This document shows, piece after piece, positions 34,620 through 47,900 of a stretch of DNA of 64,000 nt. How positions within the stretch are numbered: the first letter of the stretch is position 1; the number at the start of each line of letters is the position of its first letter. The translations under genes and the position numbers were made by a program. The notes below the pieces were generated by a model. It made no database searches. It saw only the letters and a program-made list of their open reading frames with translations, and was not told the DNA's origin. The DNA is taken from the NCBI RefSeq assembly GCF_964204865.1, contig NC_135258.1, forward strand, positions 15,624,001 to 15,688,000, read 5' to 3'. This stretch comes from Styela clava. Taxonomy: Eukaryota.

Positions 34620-37600
34620 TTCAAAGTAGGCTACTTCAATAAAAAAAATTTCATTTTTCATTATTAGCTTGCCTCTTCTTTAAGACTACTTCCAAGTTGA
34701 AGAATGAGCACATTTTAGTTTCGTATTGTCCCAAAACAAATATATATATAATGATAATACCACGCTAAACATCAAGTACTCTGACACAGGATGGCTTATA
34801 ATCAGGGTGGTCCAAATCCAGGCCCGTAGCTCTATTATCTGTGGCCCGCGTCGCATTCGGAAAGTAATCAAAAAAATCGCATTTTGTGTTGTTTCGTCAT
34901 AAAATTAACCTGAAAAATCTCTTGACATATTGTTACTTCACTAATGTCACTGAATGGACTAGTGTTATTGCTAGCTGAGGCAACTAGCGAAGTTGAATGA
35001 TGCCCTTCGCAGCCTAAATTGTTATCTGCCCTTCTACCTTTTTGGTCAGGAATACATGCTAAACATTTCGGCATCATCGAAAACTAAAAATCGAATGCCG
35101 ATTCTATTAGCCTACTGGCTATGCCTGATAACTAATTAATGCCATGGCCTAACAATATAATTAATGCCGAATGTTTTTTGCAAACAGCTCAAACAGTATT
35201 ACAAAAAATGCTGCCTTGATGTCAGAAAATTTAGGAATTACCCTCCTGTACCTCAATTTGGTAATCAATCAATCTGCAGTTATTTTGTAAACATAAGTTT
35301 GAAAAGAAAGCTGACGAATTCGAACAGATTTTTAACTGGATGAGAGAGGGAAAATACCACAATGCTTGCTTGATATGTCGGCAAGTTGTGTCAATTCTCA
35401 AAACAGAACGCGAAACGCCTTGTATGTCATTCCCGATTTCCGGATGCTAAAATAACAGTGTGGAGTTGTTTAACCCAAAATGTGCGTTCCAGAAGCGTGT
35501 TTGGTAAAAAAAACATCATCGCCGCATGTATTTTAAATTGTGAGCAAATTCAAACTTCCAATATAAATATAAGTCTGTTAGCCTGTTTTGTTTGAAGTTA
35601 CATGACAAGGGGAAACCACAGATTTATTATGCCCACATGGACGAGCAATATTTGAGATCTAGCTACGTCGCGAGCTATTTCAACGCATGGTTTTGTTTCT
35701 AAACTTCTCTGGTACGACGTTACTATCTATATTGTCCAATGTGCACCGAGAAGTCTGCATTCTGCACAGTATCATTATGCAATGATAGTAATTAATTTAT
35801 TTTTCGCATCTGTATCACCCGTACCGATATGAGTTCGTATGACCTGGCTTAATTAAAGCATATTATATCCCACAGCGGCATAAAGGGCTCATGGGAATGT
35901 TATATTGCAAAAAGTTGAAGAAAATATCACGCTGCTGTATCGTGTTATGCAACCTATCACGAGCGTTAGAAATGATGCAATTTCCACATGACAGAGTAGA
36001 CGGCGTCCTGGAATTGCTACACAGTTATCGTACAGATTACCGCACTTATTTGAACAGCATACAAATTATTTACGTTGGGCCTAGCATGCAAAAATGATCT
36101 CAACAAATTTCTGCCTTCAGTTTGTCTCAAGTTCTGAATCATTGTCCAGTTTCACTTGGCAGTGGTAGTTAATCGGACTGACAGCATTCACGCGTTTATT
36201 GCAGGTTCAAGTGAGTTCAACCATACGCTGTTCAGCCAGCGAAAGTTTGTAGATAAGTTCATCCGAGTTTTATCTATTTAACCGTTGTGGCTTACCAATT
36301 ATGTTGAAAATAACATTACAGCATTGAGTTTATGTTATGTTATAGTTATTTTAACGTCGGAATGGCAGGCTAGTTTTTAATTTTCGAAGTTGGCACATAT
36401 GGAAGAAGTTCCGTTACAGCAAAAACGTTATATGTTGTACGAAAACAAACAGCAACGTTGCATTCAACATCGTTATAATTTAGTTATCTCTATTCTAAGG
36501 ACATATCCATGAGTGTAAGAAATAACTTCGCACCGACAGTAATTTCACGATATACTAGGACTGCAAGTCGCCGGGCGAAAAATGACGCAATATTGCGCGG
36601 CAACCGACTTGTTGTGCAATATCAAAGGTCGTTTTGCAATGCTTCATTGAACACAACGAGATTTATTTTATAGTAAATTGTTACTAAAGAAACCTATTAT
36701 TTTAAATTGTAAATGCACGGCAGAGGTAAACTTTGTGCTCGAGTATCGCTAGTGTACATTGTACAAAAGTGACTTTCAATAACAGAAAATTTCATTTGGC
36801 TAGTCAAAATAACAGTAACATAAACTTATCTGTCAGAAATAATATTTTATATGCGCTGGCTCACGTGTTTCGAAGAATAAATTTGTCACAAGATGTAAAT
36901 GTTAGAGCTTGTTAATGCCCAGTGGCAAGCCGTTAATGAGCATTCGGCGGCGTCTTCCTAATATGTCCGTGACAATATAATCCCCAAGTAAAGTTTTAAA
37001 CTTTTTTGGTTAGGATGATAAGAGGCTGACACTGAGTCATATCACAGACTGAGAATTTGATGGATGTCGTCAATATGCATGACGCTATTCTCTTTTAGAA
37101 TTTGGCTTAGAAAATTATGACAATATTGGTCATTATCAAACACTCTGTAACGATATCGCTGATAACATCTATAGGCCTGAAGTATAATATTGGTACATAT
37201 CTAGTCTACACAAGGTGGATTTCGCGATGCTAGGGAAAGCGCACATTTACAGATCGGCAAATGAAATGAACGATAGGAAAGTCAATGATACGATTTGACC
37301 CATTTTGAAAAAACAAAATCGAGTCAAGTAGGCTGTCGCGTCTTTACATTCTAAATTCTAAGAAAACCAAATATCATTGGACACAACAAATGTATCGACC
37401 GATCATTTGCGGATTTATGCCGTTGTGTGGAAAAGCCACCATTCTCCTCAGGAACGATTGTGTGGGACCAATCTCTTGCGGATTTTCGGTAGTTCAAAGA
37501 TAGAAGTATGTACAAAAACTACTACTGTAATATTACTTTTATATTTTCTGAAAATCACAGAATTTTTACATATTTATTCTAAATAGAGGGGTGGCGAAAG

Positions 37601-37849
37601 GGGCTAATGCTACGTCACACAAAATGTACAGTCTATAATGACTTTACTAGTGTACTATAAAATTTTGTATATAAGTTCAATTTTGTAGAGCTGTCGAATA
37701 AAAGTTACGGACGGGATATGAACGATATCGATAAAGGCACCAAAATAACGCAAGTTTAAAATTGGCGGTGATGACAAATAATTGTAACATTGTAGTATCG
37801 AACAATATAAACGTATCATATTGGCATTACGAAAACAAAGCTTGGTACG

Positions 37850-38045
37850 TAGCGCCTCGCCCAAAACGCGTGACTCAGCCAAGCGTGACTGCGGAGTAAC
37901 TATCGGTCAAAAAGATTTTGTATTTGTAACTCCAGGACAACAGGCACGTGATCTTCGATTTAGGTTACTCTCGGTTGTTTTCGTTATGAGAAAGTGATTC
38001 AAACTTTGATAGAATTTATTGGAATACTGGAATATGTATTAGGTT
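37850..38045 (+). promoter_or_regulatory. Probable ACC promoter and non-coding first exon
   Basis: CpG-rich stretch with TGACTCAGC (about 37871, AP-1/ARE-like) and E-box GCACGTGAT (about 37944), followed by a gtaagt donor at 38046. The next clear acceptor (ttctttttatcag, 38763) leads into the ATG exon. Confidence 0.5.
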
Positions 38046-38960
38046 GTAAGTCGCGTTTTTTGTTAAATGGAAATTAAGCATTTTCGGTATATTAGATTAG
38101 GGTTCTCGGATTATCGGGTTGGACGTGGTTCTAACTAGCTAATTTCTTCTGGTTTTACAGTTTTAACATGTACCGGTAGTATATGTAACGTTACGGTATA
38201 TATTTACAGATTTATGCAACTACATGCATATGGGTTACGGTACGTACCGTAACGCAGTAACGTGCCGTCGTAGAGGAAATTTTACGATCTTAAATGAGTC
38301 TGTGAGTAGTGTGCTGCTGTAAGAATGTAATAAAAAGGCATAGCCTCAATTCAAGATTTAGAAATTTTATTCGGCAGTTCGGAAACATCCACGGGCTGAC
38401 GGCAGGACAGGGCGAAAGGTCCGTCGCGCAAAACGTGATAATTGCAGGATTTACTGATTGATGGAAATATTACTATAGTCATGCAGTACTGCAGTAGGAA
38501 AACTGATGAACATAGATAAATTCAATGCTTCTGTGCTTAAAATGAACAGCACTTGAATTTTTATGATTCCCATTGTTACCTCATTCACTTTTCTTGTAAC
38601 TGCATCATTGGATTATAATCGTATAAATTTTTAATATTATCTGAATAAAAATTTTAAGCCATGGGTATAGCTAGTTCAGTTTGGAGGCTTTTTTCATTAC
38701 CATGGTGATGGGTTGATGGCTGTTTAGTATTTTCTACTTCCTAAATTGCCTTCTTTTTATCAGATTATCAAACAGATGAAGCGGTACAGCAGTATAGAAT
38801 GAATCACAAGAAATGTATTGTCGCAGAATTAAAATAAAAAATAATTAAAGCTAATGTTCAATAATTACAAAAGTGATTTTTCCCAATCAAGTTAGTTTTT
38901 ACACCATAATCAATGATCTTAATTTTGGATTATTCTGAATAAATAAAGAAGATCAAGAAA

Positions 38961-41900
38961 ATGGCTGAAGAGCAGCAAGAGGAGAATTCTCCGAGTGGTT
39001 CTAGTTCAAGTTCTAGTGTTTCATCACATTTTAAAACATGTTCTCGTCATCATAAGAAGGATTTTCATAGTATGGCTGCTACAGTTCCCGAACTCATCAA
39101 AATCTTGGGAGGAGATAGAGTCATAGAAAGGGTGAAGATTTTATCCATATTTCAGTACTTTTCTCCAAGATGGTATTTTTATAAAAGGGCACATGCTCAT
39201 TCTTTTTACTACATGATATCAGATGTTTTTTATCCATCACCTCGGGTGTATATAGCTCAAGGTAACAAATGAAAAAAGTGTCGTTTTTTTCTGGGTTTTC
39301 AAGTCTATCATCTTTTCCTGGTATTAATCAATTAATTAAAAATATATTGTTGGATTAAAGTTAAAATTTGACTTAAAATGAAAGAGGTTTGATGATGCAA
39401 GTAGATTCGGTGACAGAATTTTTTTAACTTGCCTCTTATTTGAGGATCAGAGCGGAAGTCAGATATTCGACCGGTATTTAATAGTTTCTATCAAAATTCT
39501 GGTGGATTTTCCTCAAGCTCTGCATTTCGTTCACCAATGATTTTAACAGTTTCACAACAAAATTCTCCATCTTTTATCAGATGGCTCATGCTTAGGAAAG
39601 TTTGTTATTATTATTTCAGGTTCTTATTGCAAACAATGGAATAGCTGCTGTGAAATGCATGAGGTCAATGAGAAGATGGGCATACGAAACGTTTCGAAAT
39701 GAAAGGATTGTCAAATTTGTTGCTATGGTTACACCAGAAGATTTGAATGCGAATGCGGAATACATTAGAATGGCTGATAGTTACGTACATGTACCTGGTG
39801 GTACAAACAATAACAACTATGCAAATGTGGAATTGATTGTAGATCTTGCAAGAAGAAGCAATGTTCAAGTTAGTGAAATAATCTTATTTGTCTCTTCGGG
39901 TAGTCTTGATGTTTTGCTTCTTATTAAATCTGTGGTTTATATTTCAAACCAGGGGAATACTTTCAATTTATTGTATTGTAGTTTAAAATACACTTCTGAA
40001 AGATGTACAGTTTTGGATTCAACTCGTATGCCAAAACATACACTTATAATAAATACTAAGTAAGTTGGATTGTAAATTTTAGGATCCGCAACCAACTATG
40101 GTGGGCCAGCAGGCAATAATAATTATTACACAATATTCTTCTTCGGTACTGTGATTTTGTATGCCCAAATTTGTTTTAGCACTCTAAAATAAATGTTGTT
40201 AGAACTATCTTGACAATTCAAAATTTCTCTTACATTCTCAGGCTGTTTGGGCAGGATGGGGACATGCAAGTGAGAATCCAAAACTACCAAAAATGCTGAG
40301 TAAAGTTAACATTGCCTTTCTTGGGCCATCTGCATCAGCCATGTGGGCACTTGGTAAGTACTGTTTTGCAGTTAAATTTTTGTTTTTATTTCTCTGTTCC
40401 ATGGTTTTTTATCAACGCTCGGAATATTTCTCTTTCCGTTTCTCAGGGGACAAAGTTGCATCTTCAATTGTCGCTCAGTCCGTTGACGTTCCGACTCTGC
40501 CTTGGAGTGGTTCAGGTCTATCGCTTCCTAACACAAATTTTGTTCTGCCGAGAAGTAATAGTGTGTCAAGTTCAGGTTCTGATTCTCCACCTGCTAATTC
40601 TAGAACTAACCTTTTACAAGGGAGTCAAATGGCAGGTGTTCCAGAGAACATTTACAGACAAGGATGTGTTGAAACTGTAAATGAAGCCATGAAGGTTATT
40701 ATTGTTCTTATTTTGTTACTATAGATTAGAAATTTAATGATTTGCTGTTGATTGGCAATGTTTGGTCACAATTTTAACTCATTCACTAATACATGAATTT
40801 GTATCTGGAAGAATTTTTGAGGTATTAGTATTATCTTCAAAACAAAAAAATGCACCGCGAAACATTCTCTGTGTAAAATTTTGAGTTTTTTTGAACATAT
40901 GCCTCACTTTTTAGAACTTAGATAACAAATAATTGATTTAATTAATTAATAAATAATTTTTTTTAGTCATAGCAATAAAACCAATTATGGTACAATCACA
41001 GTTTATAACTCTATTGATTACTTGGATTGACTTTGAATCTATTGAAATTTGAATTAAATTTACTGTTTTTTTTTACTAAACAGTCTGCAGAAGAGATAGG
41101 TTACCCTGTAATGATCAAGGCATCTGAGGGAGGTGGAGGAAAAGGAATTCGCAAAGTGTCAGACGCGGCTGATTTTCCTAATGCATTCCGTCAAGTTCAA
41201 ACTGAAGTTCCAGGATCTCCTATCTTTATCATGAAACTATGCACAAAGTGAGCTCTCTAACTCTGACTGAATCTCGATTTGTTTAATTTTTTCAACCATT
41301 CGATTTGTCAACCATGTTTTCTTTGGTAGAGCGAGACATTTAGAAGTCCAAGTTATTGCTGATCAATACGGAAATGCAATATCATTATTTGGAAGGGATT
41401 GTTCTATACAACGACGTCATCAAAAAATTATTGAAGAAGCACCCACCACTGTTACTGAAGAAGATGTATGGAGGAAAATGGAAAAGGTAAATTTAATTTC
41501 ATATGATTTATTTCTTAATCTATTTATGTTAATTTTGTTTATATTCTTGTAAAGTATATTTTCTTTATGCCTATTTACGATATTTTTCATGAATATGCTC
41601 TTTAGCTATGCAAGATTCAATTTTCAAATCTTTAAAAATGACATTTACTTTTTATAGATTTCAAATGAGAATTTAATTAATTTGTTATCTGTGCAATGAA
41701 GTAAAGAATTATGTGATACTTTTTAAAATAGTATTGTGCCTTTTTTGCTTTGTGGTCAGATTTAGAATTCATGAATCATAAACTTGAAATGAAAACATTT
41801 TAGAATTCTGATTTTTAGGTTTCACATTTAAGGGAAAAAGCATTATTTTTTTTACATTACTTTTGCCATAGGATGCAGTAAAACTGGCAAAGATAGTTGG

Positions 41901-44900
41901 ATATGTGAGCGCTGGAACTGTGGAATATTTATACGATGAAACAGGACAATATTTCTTTTTGGAATTGAACCCAAGATTGCAGGTAAACATTAATATTCTT
42001 TGTATCTTGTACCATTGTTTCCTCAGCCATTGTTTCAAGTCAAGAAATGGCTGTAGGTACTATTTGTAGCATAATAAAATTGTTTTTAAATTTGATACCA
42101 ATTTTTATGACCTGGCTATTTTTTCATCTGTTATTCGTTTTGGTAATATTCGAAATACTTCACAGAATGTTGTTGACTTAAAGTACAATTACCGAAATCA
42201 TACAATTTTATATAACTTTACGATTTCTTGCATGGAAATTTCAGGCACTATGTACTATGCATAAGTGATAAACACGTTTTGTGGAAATTTACATATTTCA
42301 TGTATATTTACACACCTTATCATCTGTAAAGCCAATTCTCCTTTATTACCTGTTCTAATCTGCAACAGGTTGCTAAAAGTGCTAAAACACAATAACAAAA
42401 ATCATAAATCAAAATGAATCTCTTTTAAGCTTATCAAACCTTCATGTGTTTTCATTATTTGGTTTGGTTTCCTATGACTCAAAGATTTATTTTGAACATT
42501 TCATGCTTGATCTAGTACTAATTATTGATATATTTTCTATCATGTGTTTTTTTTTAGTCCCAACCTACTTTTCAATGTAGAAAATAGTAAACATGTTTCT
42601 ATTGCTTTATTGTAATTTGACGCTGTCAATTGGCACCCTGTATGAGTCACAGACTTAAGTTGTAACAACCATGAATGAATCATATTGAAACAAATTGAAA
42701 TTTGATTAACTGCATAATTTGACACCTGTTTAAGTAGGGACTTTGGTTATACAACTGCAAAATTGTTTTTAATGTATGAAAGGCTATTGATTGTCTCAAT
42801 GAAGTATTGCTCACGCTTGCATACAGGGCTGTTCCAATTTTTTCTACTTAAATGGTTTTCAAATTATAATTGTATAATTTGTGTAATGGAGTTTGATTTG
42901 AATATTTTAAATTAATGAATTTGACAGTTGAACTACAATAACTTTTTTAAAATTTGGTCCAAATACTAAAACAACATTTTATTTCTACGTTGCTTCAAAG
43001 CATTACCTTTGGCGATTGTGTAATATCATCATATATAAAATAATTCTACTTTGAATTTTCCATGATAAATTACTTTGTTACAAAAGATGTGGTGAGACCA
43101 GATTAATATATTGATGCTATTTGTCAAAGGAAATAGTTGTATTGATAAGAGTTTGTAGATAATTGCAGGAAGCTGGCACCATGTGTTCTTGAAGTATGGT
43201 AAAGAGTACCATGAATCTCAAAATACATGATGTTATGTAATTAATAATTTTCAATCATTTTTGCTAAGTTTTTAAAATCCATTTATGAATGTTTATATTA
43301 CATGGATGATTCTGTTGTGCGGTGGCTTAGTGGTGAAAAGCGGTAGATTAACTATGATGACATTGCACTTAAAATCCCATGTCTGCTACCAATTTATTCA
43401 GAGTGTATTGAATGGAGTTGGCAAACGATCCTGGTCCTTCCAAAATAAAAATAGCCTCTTTCATAATCAGTGGCTGCTCAGTCAGTGCCTTGTTCAGAGT
43501 GAAAGACATTTTAATATGTCATATAAAATTTCATGAAAATGAAACCTTGTTTTTGTACGACATGTCATGAATTTTAAAATTTCATAATGCTATATACCTT
43601 TTACTTGGTTGTAATCATTATCATAGCCTGAATTTCAATAACACACTTACGGTACATGAATTTTTGGAAATCAAAATTTACTTTAGTATTCATTACGCAT
43701 TTGCTAACAACTTGAAATCATTTACAATTCAAGGTTGAGCATCCTTGTACCGAAATGGTGGCAGATGTGAATCTACCAGCACTACAATTGCAAATTGGAA
43801 TGGGAATCCCGCTCCATATGATTCGTGATATCAGAATGTTATATAAAGAGGATCCATCAGAATGTACACCAATTGATTTCGAGAAGTAAGAACATATTTT
43901 AATTTATAAATACTGCAAAAGGAATTCTTTTATCATCAATTTTTGAGATTGTATACTGTTATCATACCAATCCTAAGTTTTTTATATAGGCTATAATTCT
44001 TCCTTTTCATGAATTTTTTTACATGCAAGCTGTTGTATGAAGCTTTTGTTCATAGCCAGCATACTGAATTTGGATATCGTCGAAGTATATATGCTTATGT
44101 TAAGGCTTTTGGAAAATCGCATTTTTGGATTACATTGGCTGTAACATACAAACCTCAAAACAGACATAATGCACTAAAACTAAAACATGTACGACTTCGA
44201 AACCCAGACCAAAAGATGCCCCGGGTCCATAATGACAGTAGATAAAAATGTCCATTGCTGAAAAATGTGGCAAAAGCTATTTTGATTTCACTGCGGCGAT
44301 GTGCTGTTCAGTTTAAAGTTTTTTTTTTTATGTTTTCACACCTCTGATAAAAATCTGGCGTTGTCTTGGCCTTCAGGGTGGAAAATTTCAAATACCAAAG
44401 ATTTAGATGTTTATCATTTTGATATTATAAATATAATATTGTGCCCGAGTTAAGTTGAATGACTTACATTACGCTTGGACAGCTACAGACGTGTATCTCG
44501 ACTGAAATATGATATATTTTTAAAACATTCTAAAGTAACCTTGTCTGAAGTAAGGCCACATGATTAATAATTGGTTGGTTGTTTTGACCTAAAGTAACCC
44601 AGGCATCTGACTCATTGAAGTTTAAATAAATGTTCCCATCCCATATTTATATCAGTGTTCACTTTTGTAATAATTTTATTCCTATGGATACAGTGATTTA
44701 TGAGAAAGGGTTTATCCCTTGATTGTTCTAAACACAGAAGTGTAATAATAATAAATATAGAAATAAAAAGGAGGTATTATCAGATCAGATACATAGACTC
44801 ATTAATCTGTTTTGTTAATACTCATAATCAGGTCATTTTTGAAATTGGTTTATTTTTCCTAGTTTGAAATTGAAACTATAATATGGAATGATACCAGTAT

Positions 44901-47900
44901 TTTAGATAATTTATCGATAGCATTTTACTAGACCATATTTTGATATATGTTATCACTACAACTTTATGGACATTGACCACCCTCGAAAAAGATGGAATTT
45001 GTCATTAAAATGATGTGTATTGTAAAACTATAATATAACAGTGATCACTGATTAATCAGTTATAAATAGTGATACATATACACAGGCAGCCTTGACCTCC
45101 TCGCATTTAATGTTGGAACGTCATGCACAGACTTTTTCTGGCGAACTTCGAGGCTGACATTTTGATAACAGTTGCCAATAATAAATAGTTTTACAGTACT
45201 GTCTACTATGTTTTGTTGTGCAGATGTTTCTGTATGATATTTTTTAAGCCATATTGTACTTATGTGAACTTTTTCTTTTATATATCAATACAAATATTTC
45301 AAACTCCACGAATATTTGGAAAATTAAAAATACTTAGTGTCAAACATTTCTCATGCTTAATAACACCTTTCACAAAGCTGCTAAAAACACATTTAACAAT
45401 AATTAGATGAAGTGTTAATTGCTTTGTTTGCTATTGATTGATGTTTGACAACATTAATGTCAATCACACGGCTGACAAAATTCATTTTTTTACAGTTACC
45501 GTAATTTTTAGGCTGAGAATTTTAATTAGTTATTACTTACCGGTATTTATACACTCTCATTCATATCTATTTGTGATGCTATGCAGTTATGGATATACCT
45601 TATACTAATTCACCTTTCACACTTGAGAATAGGATGTAGTGCTCATTTACTCTTGACATAGGAATAATTGATTAGGCCATGTTCCACTGTCACATTAGTT
45701 ATTTATTATCTTTTTAGAGAGCCTTGAAAGCGTTCTCATGTTTATTTTGTTTATTTTTTAGTCCACAGTTTATACCAGAACCAAAAGGCCATGTTATTGC
45801 TGCAAGAATTACAAGTGAAAACCCTGATGAGGGTTTTAAGCCAAGTTCAGGTAAAGAGTTGTTTGCTTTATTTGGTTTGTGAATATGAATTGCACAATTT
45901 AGAATTCAAACTCTGTTAAGGATTGCATATTTATATACTTATTAATTATTACTTTTGAATCAAAATATTTTAAATTGGTCGATTTCAATCTTGGTCATTT
46001 ATCACTTATAATTCAATAAGCGAGTCACAGTAATTTGAACACAAAGTTTCGGAAACCAATCCAAAAAATCGTTTTTTTTCTCAATCGAAGTTGTTTAGGT
46101 GTGTCTGAACACTCGTTTAACTCTAATAGCTTGTTTTAGAAGTAGCTTTTAATTAAAGAGCCTTTAACAAAATCTGACTGTTGCATCGTCATTGTCTTTT
46201 ATTATCATTGGATAATGGTGTTTTTATCCCCAGGCCGTGTGTTAGGCTATTTATTTTATAGGCATAGCATCGTAATTTCTTATTTCACTCAGCCTAATTG
46301 AACTTTGGCCTTTGCACTTTGTATGGTTCAAAGTCCAGCGAATAACTGTGATAACAATACCTATCTAGATTGTCCTGCCTTAAGGGCACCGGCATTTTAA
46401 ATTTATTTTAATTTGACATTGTTCGTTATATTTAAGTTAGTCTTTAAACATCTCAAAAACCTCTCTCAAACTTATTCTCTTAGTTTTTGTCTTTGTAATT
46501 TTCTGTGCTTTTGATAGGTTGAAATTTTGCACACCTTTTTATTGAGAGCTCTGATTGGGTGAAATTTTTTCACAAAATTTGTCAATGATCAAGTTCAACA
46601 TCATTTAATATTGCTACAGTCTGTAGTTTTGGTTTCCCGTTTTGCCAACCCAAATTGTAAGAACCAATCACAGCCTTTTTTGAGAAGGTGTGTGTATTAT
46701 TACAGCCAATCCAGCAAAAGATATTTGGTATCAAATGTTGCAACATAATTTTGGGTATTTATGCTAAATAATTTGAAAATGACAAAAAAACTTGCTTTTA
46801 AGTGAGAGTGACATCATTCCGGGATTGCGCAATATTTTTAATGATATCTTGAAAAAAGAAATTTTTTTTTTTGATATTTGTTGATTCTCGTTTATGTCAA
46901 ATTTGAAACTGAATCAATTCATTAATTTATCATATTAAAAGTCTGAATTAAGTATGCATCATAAAATGTACTGAGCCAATTTCAAATTTTGATATCTGTA
47001 TTTTGAATGCTTACTTTAATGTCGAAATACTGTGTTGTTCTGCAGGCACTGTTCAAGAATTGAATTTCAGGAGCAATAAAAATGCATGGGGATACTTTAG
47101 TGTTGCTGCAGCTGGTGGCCTACATGAATATGCAGATTCACAATTTGGTCATTGCTTCGCTTGGGGAGAAACAAGGGAATTTGCCATTTCGTAAGTGTAT
47201 TAGATTATGTTTATGATATTGCCCATCAGGCCGGACTAAATCGGGCGCTCCAGTAATGTGTGTATCAGTATAGAGGTAACTAATTTGGTTCGCCCACTTT
47301 ACATCAAGTTGTGTGAAGGGACTGAAGCTTATGGGCAGGGGATATATTCACTTGGCTAACACAGACCGTCCCCTAAATTGAAGTAGAACTAAAATAAGGA
47401 AAATCGGAACAAAATTATGGCCTAACCCTAACCTGGTACACACGCTACGGCAGTACCCTAAATTGGCAGTGGCAGAAGTTGAATGTCTAATACTCATAAT
47501 GATAAGTTTCAAATACAAATATTCCAAATTCATCTTGAAGTTATATAGCCTTATCAGCTTACCTCTTCCTGGGCAGACCAGTGTTGGTTCATATAATCCA
47601 AGATTTTGAACATTTATTTATACCCCTCCAGGTTGAAAATTAACTCTACTGAGTACTGACTGCTCTTCGGTACAATTACTTTTTCTTTTTTGATAGTCAT
47701 ATGGTGCTCGCACTCAAGGAACTCTCAATTCGAGGAGATTTTCGAACAACTGTTGAATATCTTGTCAATCTAATTGAGGATAAAAGTTTCCAAAACAACC
47801 AGTTTGATACGGCTTGGTTGGATAAGCTTATCACTGATAAAGTTAAAGTATGTTATTGTATTGTCTTTCTAATGTAATTACCGGTAGCTACATAAAAATG

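Noticed and set aside
34803-34870. cagggtggtccaaa...ggcccg, resembling a hAT left end (similar fragment at 25361)
   Set aside because: No matching right TIR or TSD found, so boundaries cannot be supported.
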